DNA of 64,000 bases from Cyanophora paradoxa CCMP329 (taxonomy: Eukaryota; Plantae; Glaucophyta): NCBI GenBank assembly GCA_004431415.1, contig QPMI01000408.1:1054001-1118000 (forward strand), in the 5' to 3' direction. The translations under genes and the position numbers were made by a program. The notes under the pieces are model-generated. The model did no database searches. It saw nothing but the letters and a program-made list of their open reading frames with translations, and was not told the DNA's origin. Shown one piece after another: positions 37,347 to 49,500 of the stretch. How positions within the stretch are numbered: the stretch's first letter is position 1; every line of letters starts with the position of its first letter.

Positions 37347-40300
37347 CTACCGGGCCCCTCCCGCGCCCCGGACGAGGGCTGGCGCCGGCGCCAGGGGCTG
37401 CCGCGGCCCCGCGCCCCCCTCGCCCCGCGCCGCCTTGCTCGGGGGCTCCGAGGGGTCCACGAGGACGGCTGCCGACGCCGCAGACGCCGCCGCCCCCGAT
37501 GCCGGACGCTTGGCAAAGAAGCGGGTGTTGATGGCGGGAGTCGATGCGGCGCCGGCCCTGTGCGGCTTGCTGGCCGCTCCTCCAAGCAAGGAAGGGGGAG
37601 GGGGGGGAGAGCGCTTGGCCGGGGCCGCCTCCTCCCCGTCGTCCGAAAGGTCCACATAGGCGGGGGCGGGGCCGGCGGGGGCGGCCCCCGGCCCGACCGG
37701 CAGGAACCCGTGGTCGAGGAGGGTACGGTGCTCCCGCCGGCGCTGCTCGGCGGCGGGGCCCACCACCGGCCCGCTTGGGCCCCGCTGCGCCGCCCCCGCC
37801 GGCCTCGCCCCGCCCTTCGCGGAGGCCGGTGGAGCCTTCGCCGCCGCCGCTGGGGCTGACAACAGAGCGGCCGCGGGTGGCGCCCGCTCCTCCACCTCCG
37901 CCTCGTCCCCGAAGAGGGTGCCCTGGCTGTCGGGCAGCAGAGCCGGCGTCGGCGGGCCGCGCTGCGGCATTCCCAGCGCCGCGCTCGGGTCCGGCTGCGT
38001 CATCGGTACGTCCTCCTCCTCCTCCTCCTCCTCCTCCTCCGCCTCCTCCTCCTGCTTCGTGCCCGCTTCCTCCTCCGCCGCCGCCGCCGCCGCCGCCTCC
38101 GGCGCCCAGTCCTCCTCCTCCTCGGCGGCCCCCGGGGGCGGCCCGAGCGGCACGGGCGCCGGGGCGAATCCGGCGAGGGCGGCGCCCCAGCGCTTCGCCG
38201 CCCGCTCCTGGAACGCCGCGTCCACCGCCGCCGCCTGCTCCCGCGTGCACTGCGCCCGGCGGAGGTTAAGCGTTCCCAGCGCAGCCGGCCACGCCCTGTC
38301 CCTGTACCCCCCGCGCACCCGCGGCCCCTCGTCGTCGGCGATGTACACGCGGAGCGTCCTCGACTCGAAGGCCGCCGGCTCCTGAGAGGGCGTTTGGCTT
38401 CGTTCAACGCGGCAAAGAAGAGGTGTGGGGGGGGTACGCCGCACCTGCACCCGCAGGACGTAAGGGGTATCCCGAGAGAGGACGAGGCCCTCGCCCTTGG
38501 GCCCCCGCCTCTCGTAAAACGCGCGGCCTTCGAGCGGGCTCTTCGCCTTGTTGCCGTACCCCACCGAGCCCTGCCGGCCACGCCAGGGCGCCCGAGATGA
38601 GCCTCTACCCTCCCCCCCTCCCCCTCCACCTGTACCCCGCCCCGCGCACCTTGTGGAAGTGGAGCTGGTCGGAGCGGATCGCCGGTCGCTCCGCGCCCTT
38701 CAGGAGCTCGTTCGCCCGACCCGCCACCTCCTCCCGGATCTGCGGGGTACACTCAAAGGAACCTTCCCGCCGGGACAACCGGAGAGGGGGGGGGGTACGA
38801 GCCTGCTCGGGATCCACATCCCCCAGGACCTCTGCGGTCCGGGTACACCAGTAGAACTGCCTCTGCGAGATCCGAGCCATGATACCCCTCGCCTATCCTC
38901 GAAATCAGAAGGGCAGGGAGGGGGTACACAAAAGCGCGCGGGGGGGTAGCCCACCTTCCTGAGGCCCTCGCGGGCCTCCGCGGGGTCGGCCTTCGGGGGT
39001 ACAGCGAAGCGCTCGATCTCCTCATCCGTGATGTTCGCCAGGGGGTGCATAAGTAGGTCCACCAGAACGCAGAAGCTGCGGGTGAGAATCAGGGGTACAG
39101 GAGCGAAGCAGAAGTGAGACGGGGGGTACGTACTCCTCGAAGGAGCCGCAGGGGCGCGCGGCGGCGCGCTGGGCGCGCTCGCTGAGGCGCAGGGCGGCGT
39201 CTGCGTGGAGCATCGCTCGTCCGTACATCACCTCCACGCCCTTCACGCGCGGCTCGTTGTACGTGTACTGCTGAGAGCTGAGAAGAGGAAGGAAGGAGGG
39301 GGAGAGGCGGGGGTCGCTCACCAGGTAGCCCTCGGCGCGGGCCCTGCCGAGGTCGAGGAGGGCCTTGGCGCAGGCGGGGCAGTCGGCGGGGAAGGCCAGG
39401 CGCCCGGCGACGAGGCGGGCGTGACCGCGCAGGTGCTCCGCGGCGGCGCGGGCGAGGCCGCGCTGCCCCAGCAGCGCCACGGTGTCCCGGTCCAGGTAGT
39501 CCATCCGGTCCACCTGGCGGGCGGCTAAGAAGAGGAGGCGGGAGGGCGGGGCGGAGGGGGCAGACGTCGACGGCGCCGGAGACGAGCTGGAGAAGCCAGC
39601 TGGAGTCGTCCAGCTCCCTCACGATCCTGCAGTGGGGGCGGAGAGTGTGAGGCGCCGTGCGGGGCAGAGCCCGGAGCAGCAGAGGGCGCACGGGGCGGCG
39701 TCCGGACAGAAGGCGTCGAAGGACTTGCGCTTGGGGCAGATCATGCGCTTGCAGAGGTCCACGGCGGCCCCTCCGAAGTCCAGCCCGATGTCCTGTGGGA
39801 AGAGTCGGCGGAGGCGGCGGCGGCGGCGGGGGCGGAGGCGGGGGCGGCGGCGGCCCGGGCCGCCCCGGGAGCGTAGGAGCGCACGGTGAGGACGCGCTGA
39901 ACGAGCATCACGGAGATGAGCTCGTGGTCGAACTCCACGCCCCGCATCTCCGCGAAGATCTCGAACGTGTGCCTGCGCCCGCCGCTCCGGGTCTCAGCGC
40001 GGAGCGCGGGCGCCGGTGCGCGGGCGCCGCCGCGGGCTCGGAGCGCACGAGAACATGGCGTGGCCGACGTCGTGGAGGAGCCCGGCCAGCGCGAAGACGT
40101 CGACGAGCTGCTCGTCGTCGCGGAGGCGGAATCGCCTTCGCGCCTCCGCGAACTCTCCGGGGCACTCCCTCCTGAGTTGCTCGGCCCACAGCCGCGCAAG
40201 GTGAGCCACGCCTGCGCGCGAAAGAGAGGGCGCGGCCGTGTCAGCGAGGGTTCGCGGTTCTCCCGAGCGCTGGAGCTCGAGGCGGACCGACGGAGTGCGA

Positions 40301-40593
40301 GAGCCGAGTGTGTATCAGATTGCTGTTGATGATGCACGCTCCGCCTAGCTGCTGCAGGTGCACGAGCCTCTGGACCTGCAGGCCGTCGTCAGCTCGGCCG
40401 GCGACCGCGGCGCGGCTGAATCGCACCACGCGGTGGCGAAACGCCTTCAGAAGCCAACCCCGAAGTACAATCTCCCCGTGCACATGATCTTGCGAGCCGC
40501 TGTCAGGGCGCGAGGCGCGAGACCCTAGAACCACGGTAAGCGCGGCGCGGCACGGCGCGTCTCACCTGCAATGCGCTCCTCGTCTAGTTCCAT
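37347..40593 (-). CDS. SAMHD1-like HD-domain phosphohydrolase (putative dNTP triphosphohydrolase) with long disordered C-terminal tail
   Basis: DHVHGEI...VQRLVHLQQLGG...HTRLSHSVG|VAHLA...AGLLHDVGHAMFS|HTFE...DHE...VDRMDYLDRD parallels SAMHD1 DPIHGHI...FQRLRYIKQLGG...HNRFEHSLGV...AGLCHDLGHGPFSH...HE...VDKWDYFARD. ATG at 40593 (MELDEERIA). Last exon ends ARGAGGAR*. Confidence 0.88.
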
Positions 40594-40797
40594 CGCGCTC
40601 GGCGAGATTCGCCGGCAGCCCGCGGAGCCCGCGAAACGATGGCACTCCCGTACCCGTCTGGCCAAAAGGCACGTACCCCAACCACCAGGCGAGTGCTGCA
40701 GGCGCGGGGCTTCCGCGGCAGAGCCAGTGTGCTCGATCACCTGCTGCAGCCAGCACCGATTCGCGTGCTCAGCAGCCGGCAACGAGTCGCCTTGCAG

Positions 40798-42613
40798 ATG
40801 GTTCGGGGCAGCAAGAAGCGCGGCAGGGCTGCTAGCGTCGAGGAGGCGGGCGCAGAGAAGACCCGCTCCGATATGGGCGAAGGCGAGCGCGAGGAGCCGC
40901 TCTCCGCATATGCGAGCGCTCACACGAGCGCTGCAACTGATCATGACCAAGGCGCGGCTCCGAGCAGCGCGAGAGCCAGCTCGCCAGCAGGCGAGCGATA
41001 CAGAAAGCGGCATCATGTTGAGCGAGGAGAGCTCAGCAATGCGCCAGCGCCAGCAGAGCAGCAGCAGCTGCTGCGGCCGGCCTCGGACTATTCCGCCTTC
41101 GAGCAGCTGCCCGACGACATTCTTAGGAAGATTATCGATCATCTAGGCCCGCGGGAGGCGTGGGACGTGTGCCGGCTGCCGCTCGTGTGTCGAAGGATGC
41201 GAGACTTTCTGGCCTCGGGCAGTGAGGCGCTCGTCCTGCGTGGCGAGCGCATCGGACTCTCGCGGTACAGCGAGATGCGTGAGGCGGAGCTCCGTTCGTG
41301 GGCGCGGCGCCTCGAGACGGGCGCCGTGCGGTTCACGGCGGGCGGGGCGCTCGAGGTCGACGCGCGCGCGTGGCCCCCGGCCAGGTGCCCCCTGCGCTGC
41401 CTTTCGCGCTCGGGCGCCTCTAGATCTAAGCCTCAAGCGCGCTTCTGCAGTTACGCCTGGATCGAAGGCCCGACCCCCAGCACGCCTTTCTTCTCTTTCC
41501 ACCCCTCCATCCAGGGGCTCCGCCGCCTCTTCGTCTGGCACGGGTACACCCGCTGGCGCCCCGCTGACCCCGCCGGTCGCCCCCAACGTGTACGTCGTAC
41601 CCCGCAGGGACGTGGCGCCCCCAGGCGCGCCTGCGGATGTGCGAACGATGGCGCGGCACGCGTACGTCGGGGCGGCCCTGGCGGCCCTGGCGCCGGTGGC
41701 CGGCACCCTCGAGGAGCTCAGCATCCGCATCCAGACCAAACTTCGCGACGACCGCAGGCGCCTGCCCCGTGCGCCCCTCGCCCTACCCGTTTCCACCCGG
41801 TACCCCCCTGACACGCACTCCGGCGGCAGAGGGCGCGGCGCGCGAGGCGATCGCGGCGGGGCTGCGGCGGCTGACGGCCCTGCGGAGCCTCGACCTCGCC
41901 GACTGCATCGGCGTCTCCGGCGAGCTCCTGATGGAGGTCCGCGGTTCGATTCCGGGGGGCGCCTCTTTCTCAGGGGCGGGCGCGCAGGTCGGGCCGGCCG
42001 TGCTCGGCGGGCTGCGGTCGCTGCGGGTCGCGCAGCACGTCGAGCACGGGCGCTCGGGGGACGGAGAGGCGCGCGCAGCGGCCCAGCGCTCCCTCGCCTT
42101 TGCCATCGCCCGCCGCTGCCCCCTTCTCGAGGTCGCGCACCCCCCCCCCCCCCCACCCCCCCTCCCCCCCTCCCCCCCCTCCCCCCCACTTCTCACGGGC
42201 TCGCAGGAGCTCCGAGTCGCGTTCCACTGCCCGAGTGGGGCCGCGCCGTCGACGCGGCGGCCCTCGCGTCCTTTGCCGGCTTCGCCGCCTCGCCTCGACG
42301 CGAGGGTCTACGGGTTGTCCCAGGCGCGGCGCGGCGCGGCGCGGCGCGGCGCGGCGCGGCGGCCCGCCCCAGCCGACTCGCCGCGCACGCAGCTCGCCTC
42401 CGCCCACCTGGAGACGCTCGAGCTCGACACGCACTACGCCGACGAGCAGCCGGCGCCCCTCCTCTACGATGTCGCGTCCATCGCGCGCCCCTGCGCTCCC
42501 GGGCCCCCCGGTCCTGCACATGCCGCCTGTCTGACGCCCCCTCAGAAGAGCCTGCAAAACCTGACGCTGCTGGGGAAATTCAGTGACTGGGCGGCTCTGG
42601 CCATGGCACCAAA

Positions 42614-42653
<40 letters not shown>

Positions 42654-43395
42654 CGCTTTCTGCTTACCCCTTCACACAGCTGCGCTCCTTGTCCCTCGGC
42701 ACGTGCGTACCCCTGCGCCCCGCCGTCCCGTACCCTTCTTGGGCTCACTGTACTCTGGGGCCGCGGCAGGCCCGAGCGGAGCTGCGAGCTGCCGGCCGGG
42801 TGCCTGGCCGTCCTGCCGGCGCTGCCGGCGCTGGAGCGGCTCAGCGTCCACCTGATCGGCTATTCTTCGGGGGCGATCGCCGCCTCGCTCCGCGCCCTCG
42901 CCGCGGTGCTCGCGTCGGCCCCTTTCCTGCGGTCCCTCGTCGTTTCCGTCTGCGACGGACTCCGCGCCAACGCCCTGGACCCCGCGTACGCCCCCGACCG
43001 AGCGCTCGCCCCCGCCGCGGCCGCGTTCCTCCACGCCGCGAGGGTGGGTACCCCCCCTCGTCGGTCGGTGTCGCCGCCTCCGACGTCTGAAGCCGTACCC
43101 CCAGGACACCCTGGAGGAGTACGACCGGGAGGCGGTGTACCCCACCACGGACGAGAGCAGCGCGCTGGCGGCCTGCACGCGCCTGCGCCGCGCCTCGCTC
43201 ACGCTGGCGGTGCCGGCATCGGCCGTGGCCGCTAGTGCCGAGGGACTTGCGGCGCTGGCGCCGCTGGCGTCGATGGCGGCCCGGCCGGCGCCGGCCCCGG
43301 GGGACCTGGTGCTCGCCCGGGGCCCCCGGGATGCCTCGGACTGGGGCGCCACCCGCGCCCTCCTCGGCGGCCGCTGGCGCCTGGAGGAGGCCTAG
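40798..43395 (+). CDS. F-box / LRR protein (multi-exon)
   Basis: F-box FEQLPDDILRKIIDHL...LPLVCRRMR. LRR-like units LTALRSLDLADC, LRSLRV, LETLEL, SLQNLTL, LPALERLSV, FLRSLVV. Basic N-terminus MVRGSKKRGR. Ends GRWRLEEA*. Confidence 0.85.
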
Positions 43396-43599
43396 GCCCA
43401 GGGCAGGCCTCCTGAGGGCCACGACCAGCCGGCCCCGCGTCGCAGGCACGCGCACATGCACGACGTTGACGTCGATAATGTTTCTTGTTTCCAAGTTCCC
43501 TATGTCTATCGTTGTTAAATGCTAACGCGTGTACGTACGCGTACGCGTACGCGGACGTACAAGTGCGGATTCCGGGCATGCGCATGCGCATATGCGCTC

Positions 43600-43926
43600 C
43601 GGGATCCGATCGAGGTTCTGCATGCAGCTGGATCCGATCCGGAGGTCGGCGTCGACCATGCCGTTTCAGTACTCCGAGGAGGTTCGTATGCGTACGCCTC
43701 GTGATTGTCCGAGCTCGACAAGGCTCCTTTGAGTGTACCCCGCATGCGCAGATCCGGGGCCTCCGGGCCAAGATCTAGATCTAGAGGAGGGGGACGCTGT
43801 GAGGCCCGTGACGGGCGAACGAGCTCCTGAAGGGCGCGGGGCGACCCTCGGACCAGCGATCCGATCCGACCAGCTCCACTTCCGGATCCACAAGGCCTAG
43901 GTGCGCGCGCGGGGCGAGGTTTCAGG

Positions 43927-43969
<43 letters not shown>

Positions 43970-44017
43970 AGGCTCACCTCGCGATCAGGCGCCCTACCCG
44001 GTAGGCCTGGCTCGGCT
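43600..44017 (+). pseudogene. Decayed inverted fragment of the HD-domain gene (homologous to ~38560-38860), introns retained
   Basis: Shared strings include tcctttgagtgtaccccgca, cgggcgaacgagctcctgaagggcgcgg, tccgaccagctccacttcc and gaggctca(c/t)ctcg, interrupted by small insertions. Confidence 0.88.
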
Positions 44018-44589
44018 GGCCAAATCATCTGGCCCAAATGCCGCAGTGCATGGGCCCATGGCGGTGGCCTAGTAGGTAACAACTCCGTACGAGTCTGACG
44101 TACCATGGCCATATGCATTAGTGTAGCTAGTACAAGCTACTAGGCTATAAATTTCCAAGATGCAGCCTTTTTATTATGGAGGCTATAAATATTAGCATAC
44201 ACTGATTTAAAACAGGATTTAAACAGCTTATATATAATATATGCAACTATAATGACGGGGGTTTCGCCCTTCCGTATAGTCTGTCAAAAAATGATGTCTC
44301 TTAATTAGTAATACAGGCTATTGCAATTGATTGCCTTATTATATTTATAACGCGCTGGTTCGGCTTTATTTTAATGAATTTTTAAAAAATTACGAAGCGC
44401 TAGCGCTATATATATAGCGATACTAGTACTACTAGTATTCAATGATTAATTCGCCGACTGACCGGCGAGTCGCCGCTAGATATTTAAATAGCCTTTTCAT
44501 GCAAGCGCGATATCATATGGAAGTTAATGGAACAACAGAACGTGCAGCTATAATTAAGCTACCGTAAAACACAATACTATAAAAACAAA

Positions 44590-44772
44590 TTATGTCGTTA
44601 TAAAACCGGACCCTTCTCTATGCGAAATATGACATCCCCAAGTTATGTCGTCACGAAATTTTCAGGCTTGTATAGGGCGGTAAATTGGGGGGGTAACACT
44701 AAGCACGCCCTATTATGTCGTCATGTCGATCAAGTTTTCGAATTCGGCGACAAAATTTTGGGGACGACATAA
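44590..44772. repeat. Cluster of TTATGTCGT motifs in an AT-rich intergenic island
   Basis: ttatgtcgt at 44590, 44643 and 44713, with an inverted copy acgacataa at 44764. Confidence 0.7.
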
Positions 44773-46598
44773 TTAATAAAGTACAGACCTTAATATTAAT
44801 ATTGTGTTTTACGGTAGATTTAGCGAAGACTACCGTAGTACCGTACGCGGTCACGCGTCTGACTACGTATACGTAGTACGTACCTACAACTTGGCTACAA
44901 CTAGCCTACAAGCCTTGAAGTTACAACTTAGGCTACAAGTGCGTCATTTTTTTAATCCAATTGAGGGAAAGAGGTGTTCACATGTACAAAGCCCTTGAAG
45001 CTCAATGATTTTTAACGCGGGAAAGAGCTTTTCAAGTTTTTTTAAGCACGAGAAAGAGCCAGGAACTCTTCGTTTTTTTAATTTTCGTACCCAGCCTGGC
45101 GCCGGCCCAGTGGCAGATCCGGACTCCACAGTCTCCATACGCTATTACGCATACAGTCGACGTCGACGTCACGGCCGGGCGGTCGAGCTCTGCGGGGCGC
45201 CCGGCCCGGCCGGGCGGCCCCGGCCCCCGCCGCGCCGGGCCGGCCCGCGGGCTGTACTGTGCCACGGTGCTGCAGCCTGTACATGTGTATGCGCACTGCC
45301 GCCACTGCGGCAATGCGCATGCGCCGTCACGGCGTGCCACACTGCCACGGTGCGGCCCGGCCCGCCCGGCGGCCGCCCAGCCTGGCAGTCACTGTCACTC
45401 ACTGAGTCGACGTCTGCCATGCCAGGCAGCGGCCCACTGCGGTCCACTGGGCCCCGGGCCCCGGGGTGACCCGCGCCGGGAATCCCGGGATCGCGGAGAT
45501 CTAGACTCGGAGACTCCGACTCGGCGATCATCAAGTTTCAAGTCCGACGGTCACTGAGTTAAAGTGAGTTTGCAGACTGACAGCCTGGCAGGGCGCTACC
45601 GGTAGGCGCCGCCGCGCCGCTACCCCGGTACCGGCCCGGGCCCGGGGACCCGGATAACCTCCTCGACTGACCTCGAGCTCCGCGGCTCGCCGCGGCCGGG
45701 CGACGCCGGCCGGGCCCGGCGGCGCCGAGTCGACGTGGCCGACTCGGTAGTACCGGCCCAGTAGTACCGGGTACCAGCAGCGTGCCAGCGTGCCACGGTG
45801 GCACTGCGCAATTCGCGCAACCGTTGAACTTGGCAAGCTAGCTATAGCTAGCTGCATCATCCCAGCTTGCATGAGCCTGCTGCCTCAGCCTGCATCGCGC
45901 GCGATGATGACCCAACTCGAGCTCGGCGATCGCTAATTCGACGCTAAACTTTACCGTCGGATCATCGGATACGAATACGTATGCGTGCTGCAGCAACTAG
46001 CGGCTTATAATTACTAGCCTAGTAGTACGTAGCGGCGACGACTCGCCGACGAGTACGCGGATACCGTAGTACGCTCGAGCACGCGTATACACGTGCACGA
46101 GTACCGGATACGTATACGTGCTACGTATACAGCCTACAGCAACTAGTACGTAGCGGCGACGTTACTCGCGCAAGCGCTGAGCCGACACACACGGACCACG
46201 ATAACTACGAAAGTCTAGCCAGGTGCTAGGACAGCTGCAAGCCTGCATCTGCAGCCTGCAGGGCGGTCAGCCTAGCAGCCTTGCTTGCTTGCATTGAACG
46301 CCAGCTGAGGGATGCAAACTTGACGCCAGCAGCAGCTCCATCGCCTGCGCGCCTGCACCCTGGTAGGGCTCCCTCAGCGAAGCTACACATGTTTACGGTC
46401 GAGATATAGGCCTATTACCTCGTTTTTCGTAGCTAAGGCGGAACAGGCGTGGCAGGCAAGCTCGATCCAGCAGCAAGCCGAGGATCGAATACTTGGATAT
46501 ACGATAGTATAGGCGGTTCCTCTTGCGCGTACGCGCGAGCGCGTGCACGCTACGTATTCATGTACAGCGTTCCAAGTAGGCGTGCAGCGCGGGCACAG

Positions 46599-49500
46599 AT
46601 GCGCTCCGGCACGACCTTGACCTCCGGATATCGATCCACACGGGAGCTCGGAACGCTGTTCATCACAACCGTTTTCCTTGCAGCTTTGGCACAATGCGGC
46701 CATGCAGCAGTTGTTTCAAGCCCTTTCTCGCCGCCACGTAAGATCACGCTATACTGCCGACTCACGCATTGACGAAACGAGGAAGTCTAACATATGCGCG
46801 TGTGCAGTGATTCCAGTGAATATTTCTTCTCTCCCCTCGATCGGTCTGTTTTCTTTTATGTATGACGTCGACTGTACTAGTACTCCCATAGCTATCTATC
46901 AATAAAGTGTAATCGATTGCAAAGTCACGCCCTGCCGATTTCTCCCATATACATGCATATGCATATTCGCGCCAATACTAAATCTGCCTTCGCAGGTGGG
47001 CTGATTACCACCGATCAAAAAGGAGTCGTGTGCGAGGGTGGGCACTCTGCAGCAGAACCCATTTACATGGGTGCGCGATCCCTCACGGTTTCGCTCGAGC
47101 TCGAGGTGTGCTTCGTCGAGCTGATTGCGCTCGCAATTTGGTAGAGACGCCGGTCACGTGCTCGTTTGTGTGGATGTGCGCCGATGAGCTTGCATGCGGG
47201 ACAATCGAACCTGCAATGCTATGGACAGGATCAGGCGTGGAAACCCGCACGCGCGACTCCCGCGTCTCTCCTGGTACCTTTATTTCATGGTCGCATGTTC
47301 GATGGATTTTCGTTGCAAGCGATATCGATGTCGTTCGCGGTCCTTTTCAGGTTCTTTTGACTTCGTAGCAAGCGGCTCCGGCGTTATCAAGAGCACGAAC
47401 GATCCCAATTACCCAGTGAGCATTTGCTTGTTGGTTTGGGAGCGTGTAATCCTTCGGCGGTGATCGTGCAACAGGACATCGCGTACAAACGATACACGTT
47501 TTCAATTTTGGCAAAGAAATCGATGAACTTTACACTGGGAACAAATCGGACCTTCATTTTCATGTGCGCGCGCTTCCAAACATTTGCAAATCTAACTGTG
47601 CTAAACCCGCTAATGTCTACGGAAATCTTAGAAAGATTTGGGCTGTATACGTAAAAACCATCTAAGCTGTGGGTCGGAATGTCCCGGCATGATCTGCGAC
47701 GGGAAGTGGCGGGGAAACATTAGCTTGCGTACGCGTGAAACGAAGAATGACCGAGCAAGCGCGTGCGCCTTCCAGGCTTGTGGACGATGCCCTGGATCCG
47801 GCCTTCCAGCCTACGCCTCTGCCGCCGTGCTGGGACTCGCGCAATGAGAGCGCGGCCGGGCTCCCGAGCTGCTCGGTCGACCCAACCACGAACGATGGGA
47901 AAACCCGCCGACGCGTGTTCTCGGACGGCGCCGAGTTTCGGTTCGTGCAGCATAGTCCACGGATCAACATAGCCATACTTTACGTTCAATGTTCCGCGAC
48001 ACTGACTCCCGCGATCGCCCCAGTTTGACGCTCTTTTTCTCATTCACCGGGTAAGAGCATTGATCTTGCAAGAGCATGCGCATTGCATCTCGGCTCTCGG
48101 ACTAGATCTGCGTCGTAATCGTTTTATCAGAGTTGAAGCGAAACTGGACGCGATCACCGCTCAAGGCGCAGCCGTTGTGGGTCAGTGGCGGGGTTCCCCG
48201 AAAGTACACATCCCAATATTAATATTGCGCTGATCATGACCTATTTCGACTTCAGATCTCATTAATCCGTCGGATCTCAATAGCGTCGTGCGTGCCGCAG
48301 CGCCAGCTGCAGCGGCCCAATCAAAAGCTCGCGCTTCAGCTCGTTCATATCCGTGCAGGGCTTTCTCAAGTCGTTTGCTGGCCCATACTACTCCTTTGTC
48401 AAGCGCAGTGCGTGGCTTATGAATAGAGTCGTGTCAAAATAATATATTGCTCACGCGGGGATATCGCAGCGGGCCGGCAGGTCTCGCCAGCATCGCTGAA
48501 GGTTGACGCGAGTAGGGGACAGACCTGGCGCTTCCGCCATCGGCTTCTTAACTGGAACTCCACCCTGTCTAGCGTTGCGCCTGTTGACGGGGAAAACTCG
48601 ACGACAGCCGATCCTTCCGCTTGGACTTACGCCAATGGAGAGCAATGGACGACCGACGCGAGCATTACCTACGAGGCACGCGCGTCTTCGTTAACGTTAT
48701 TATAATATTTAATCCGCATGCACCGGTACCGCCCAGTTCAAACAATCTGATCATGACCTCCCTGCCTCCCGCAGATCACATCGTTGTCGGGTTACGAGGT
48801 CGTCATTGAGAGCAAGTCTGGCAACGGGCTGAACTCCATGCAATACTCCGTCCACGTATGTACCGCCTTTATTTCCAAGCGGACCCGCGCCATCGCCTCA
48901 AGTTTGCGCGTCTCAGATCTTTTCAATGGAGACGACATCGGCGTCGGTGAACGTGTCGGAGACCGTTATCGCGGATCGCGTCACCTACATGTGCGGGGGC
49001 CTTCTCATTTCCCGCCCGCGGCCGCCGTGCTTCACGATTAGCTGCAGCGACTCACGATTTTTGGCTGCAGGCTCGAAATCGTTTCCACGGCGAAGTACTT
49101 CCGCCTGTACGTGGCCGGCTCGACAGGCCAGGACAGGTCCCTCACCTCGGGATCGGCGACTTGGAAGCCGCTCCTCTCGCCTCTCGGCGAGCTCTTCTGG
49201 AGGCACAACGAGTCTCGCGCGGTCTACCCGCTGATCATCAAATCCACCTTCGGCGGCGTGAGGCTGTTTGGCGGGCGTAAAATCATTGTCGACTTTTTGC
49301 TGAAGGGAACCGAGTTCCCGACTGAGCCCAAGGCGGAACCTGCAAATTATTTCTCGTGAGCGAATTGGAAGCCTTTCTATGTACACCCTCCTGTTTACGC
49401 CAATCATTCCTTTTTCAGCCGTCATTTCGTCCTTAAAGGAATAAAATACACTGAATGCTGGCCATCTGCAACAGAAGGGACCATCCGCTTGCTCCGCGGT

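Noticed and set aside
37505-37730. PIP-box-like strings (INTRFF, TLLDHGF) in the HD protein tail
   Set aside because: The spacing does not fit Q-x-x-[ILM]-x-x-[FY]-[FY].
14599-43395. GTAC words as copper-response elements
   Set aside because: They are spread through introns and exons rather than concentrated in promoters.
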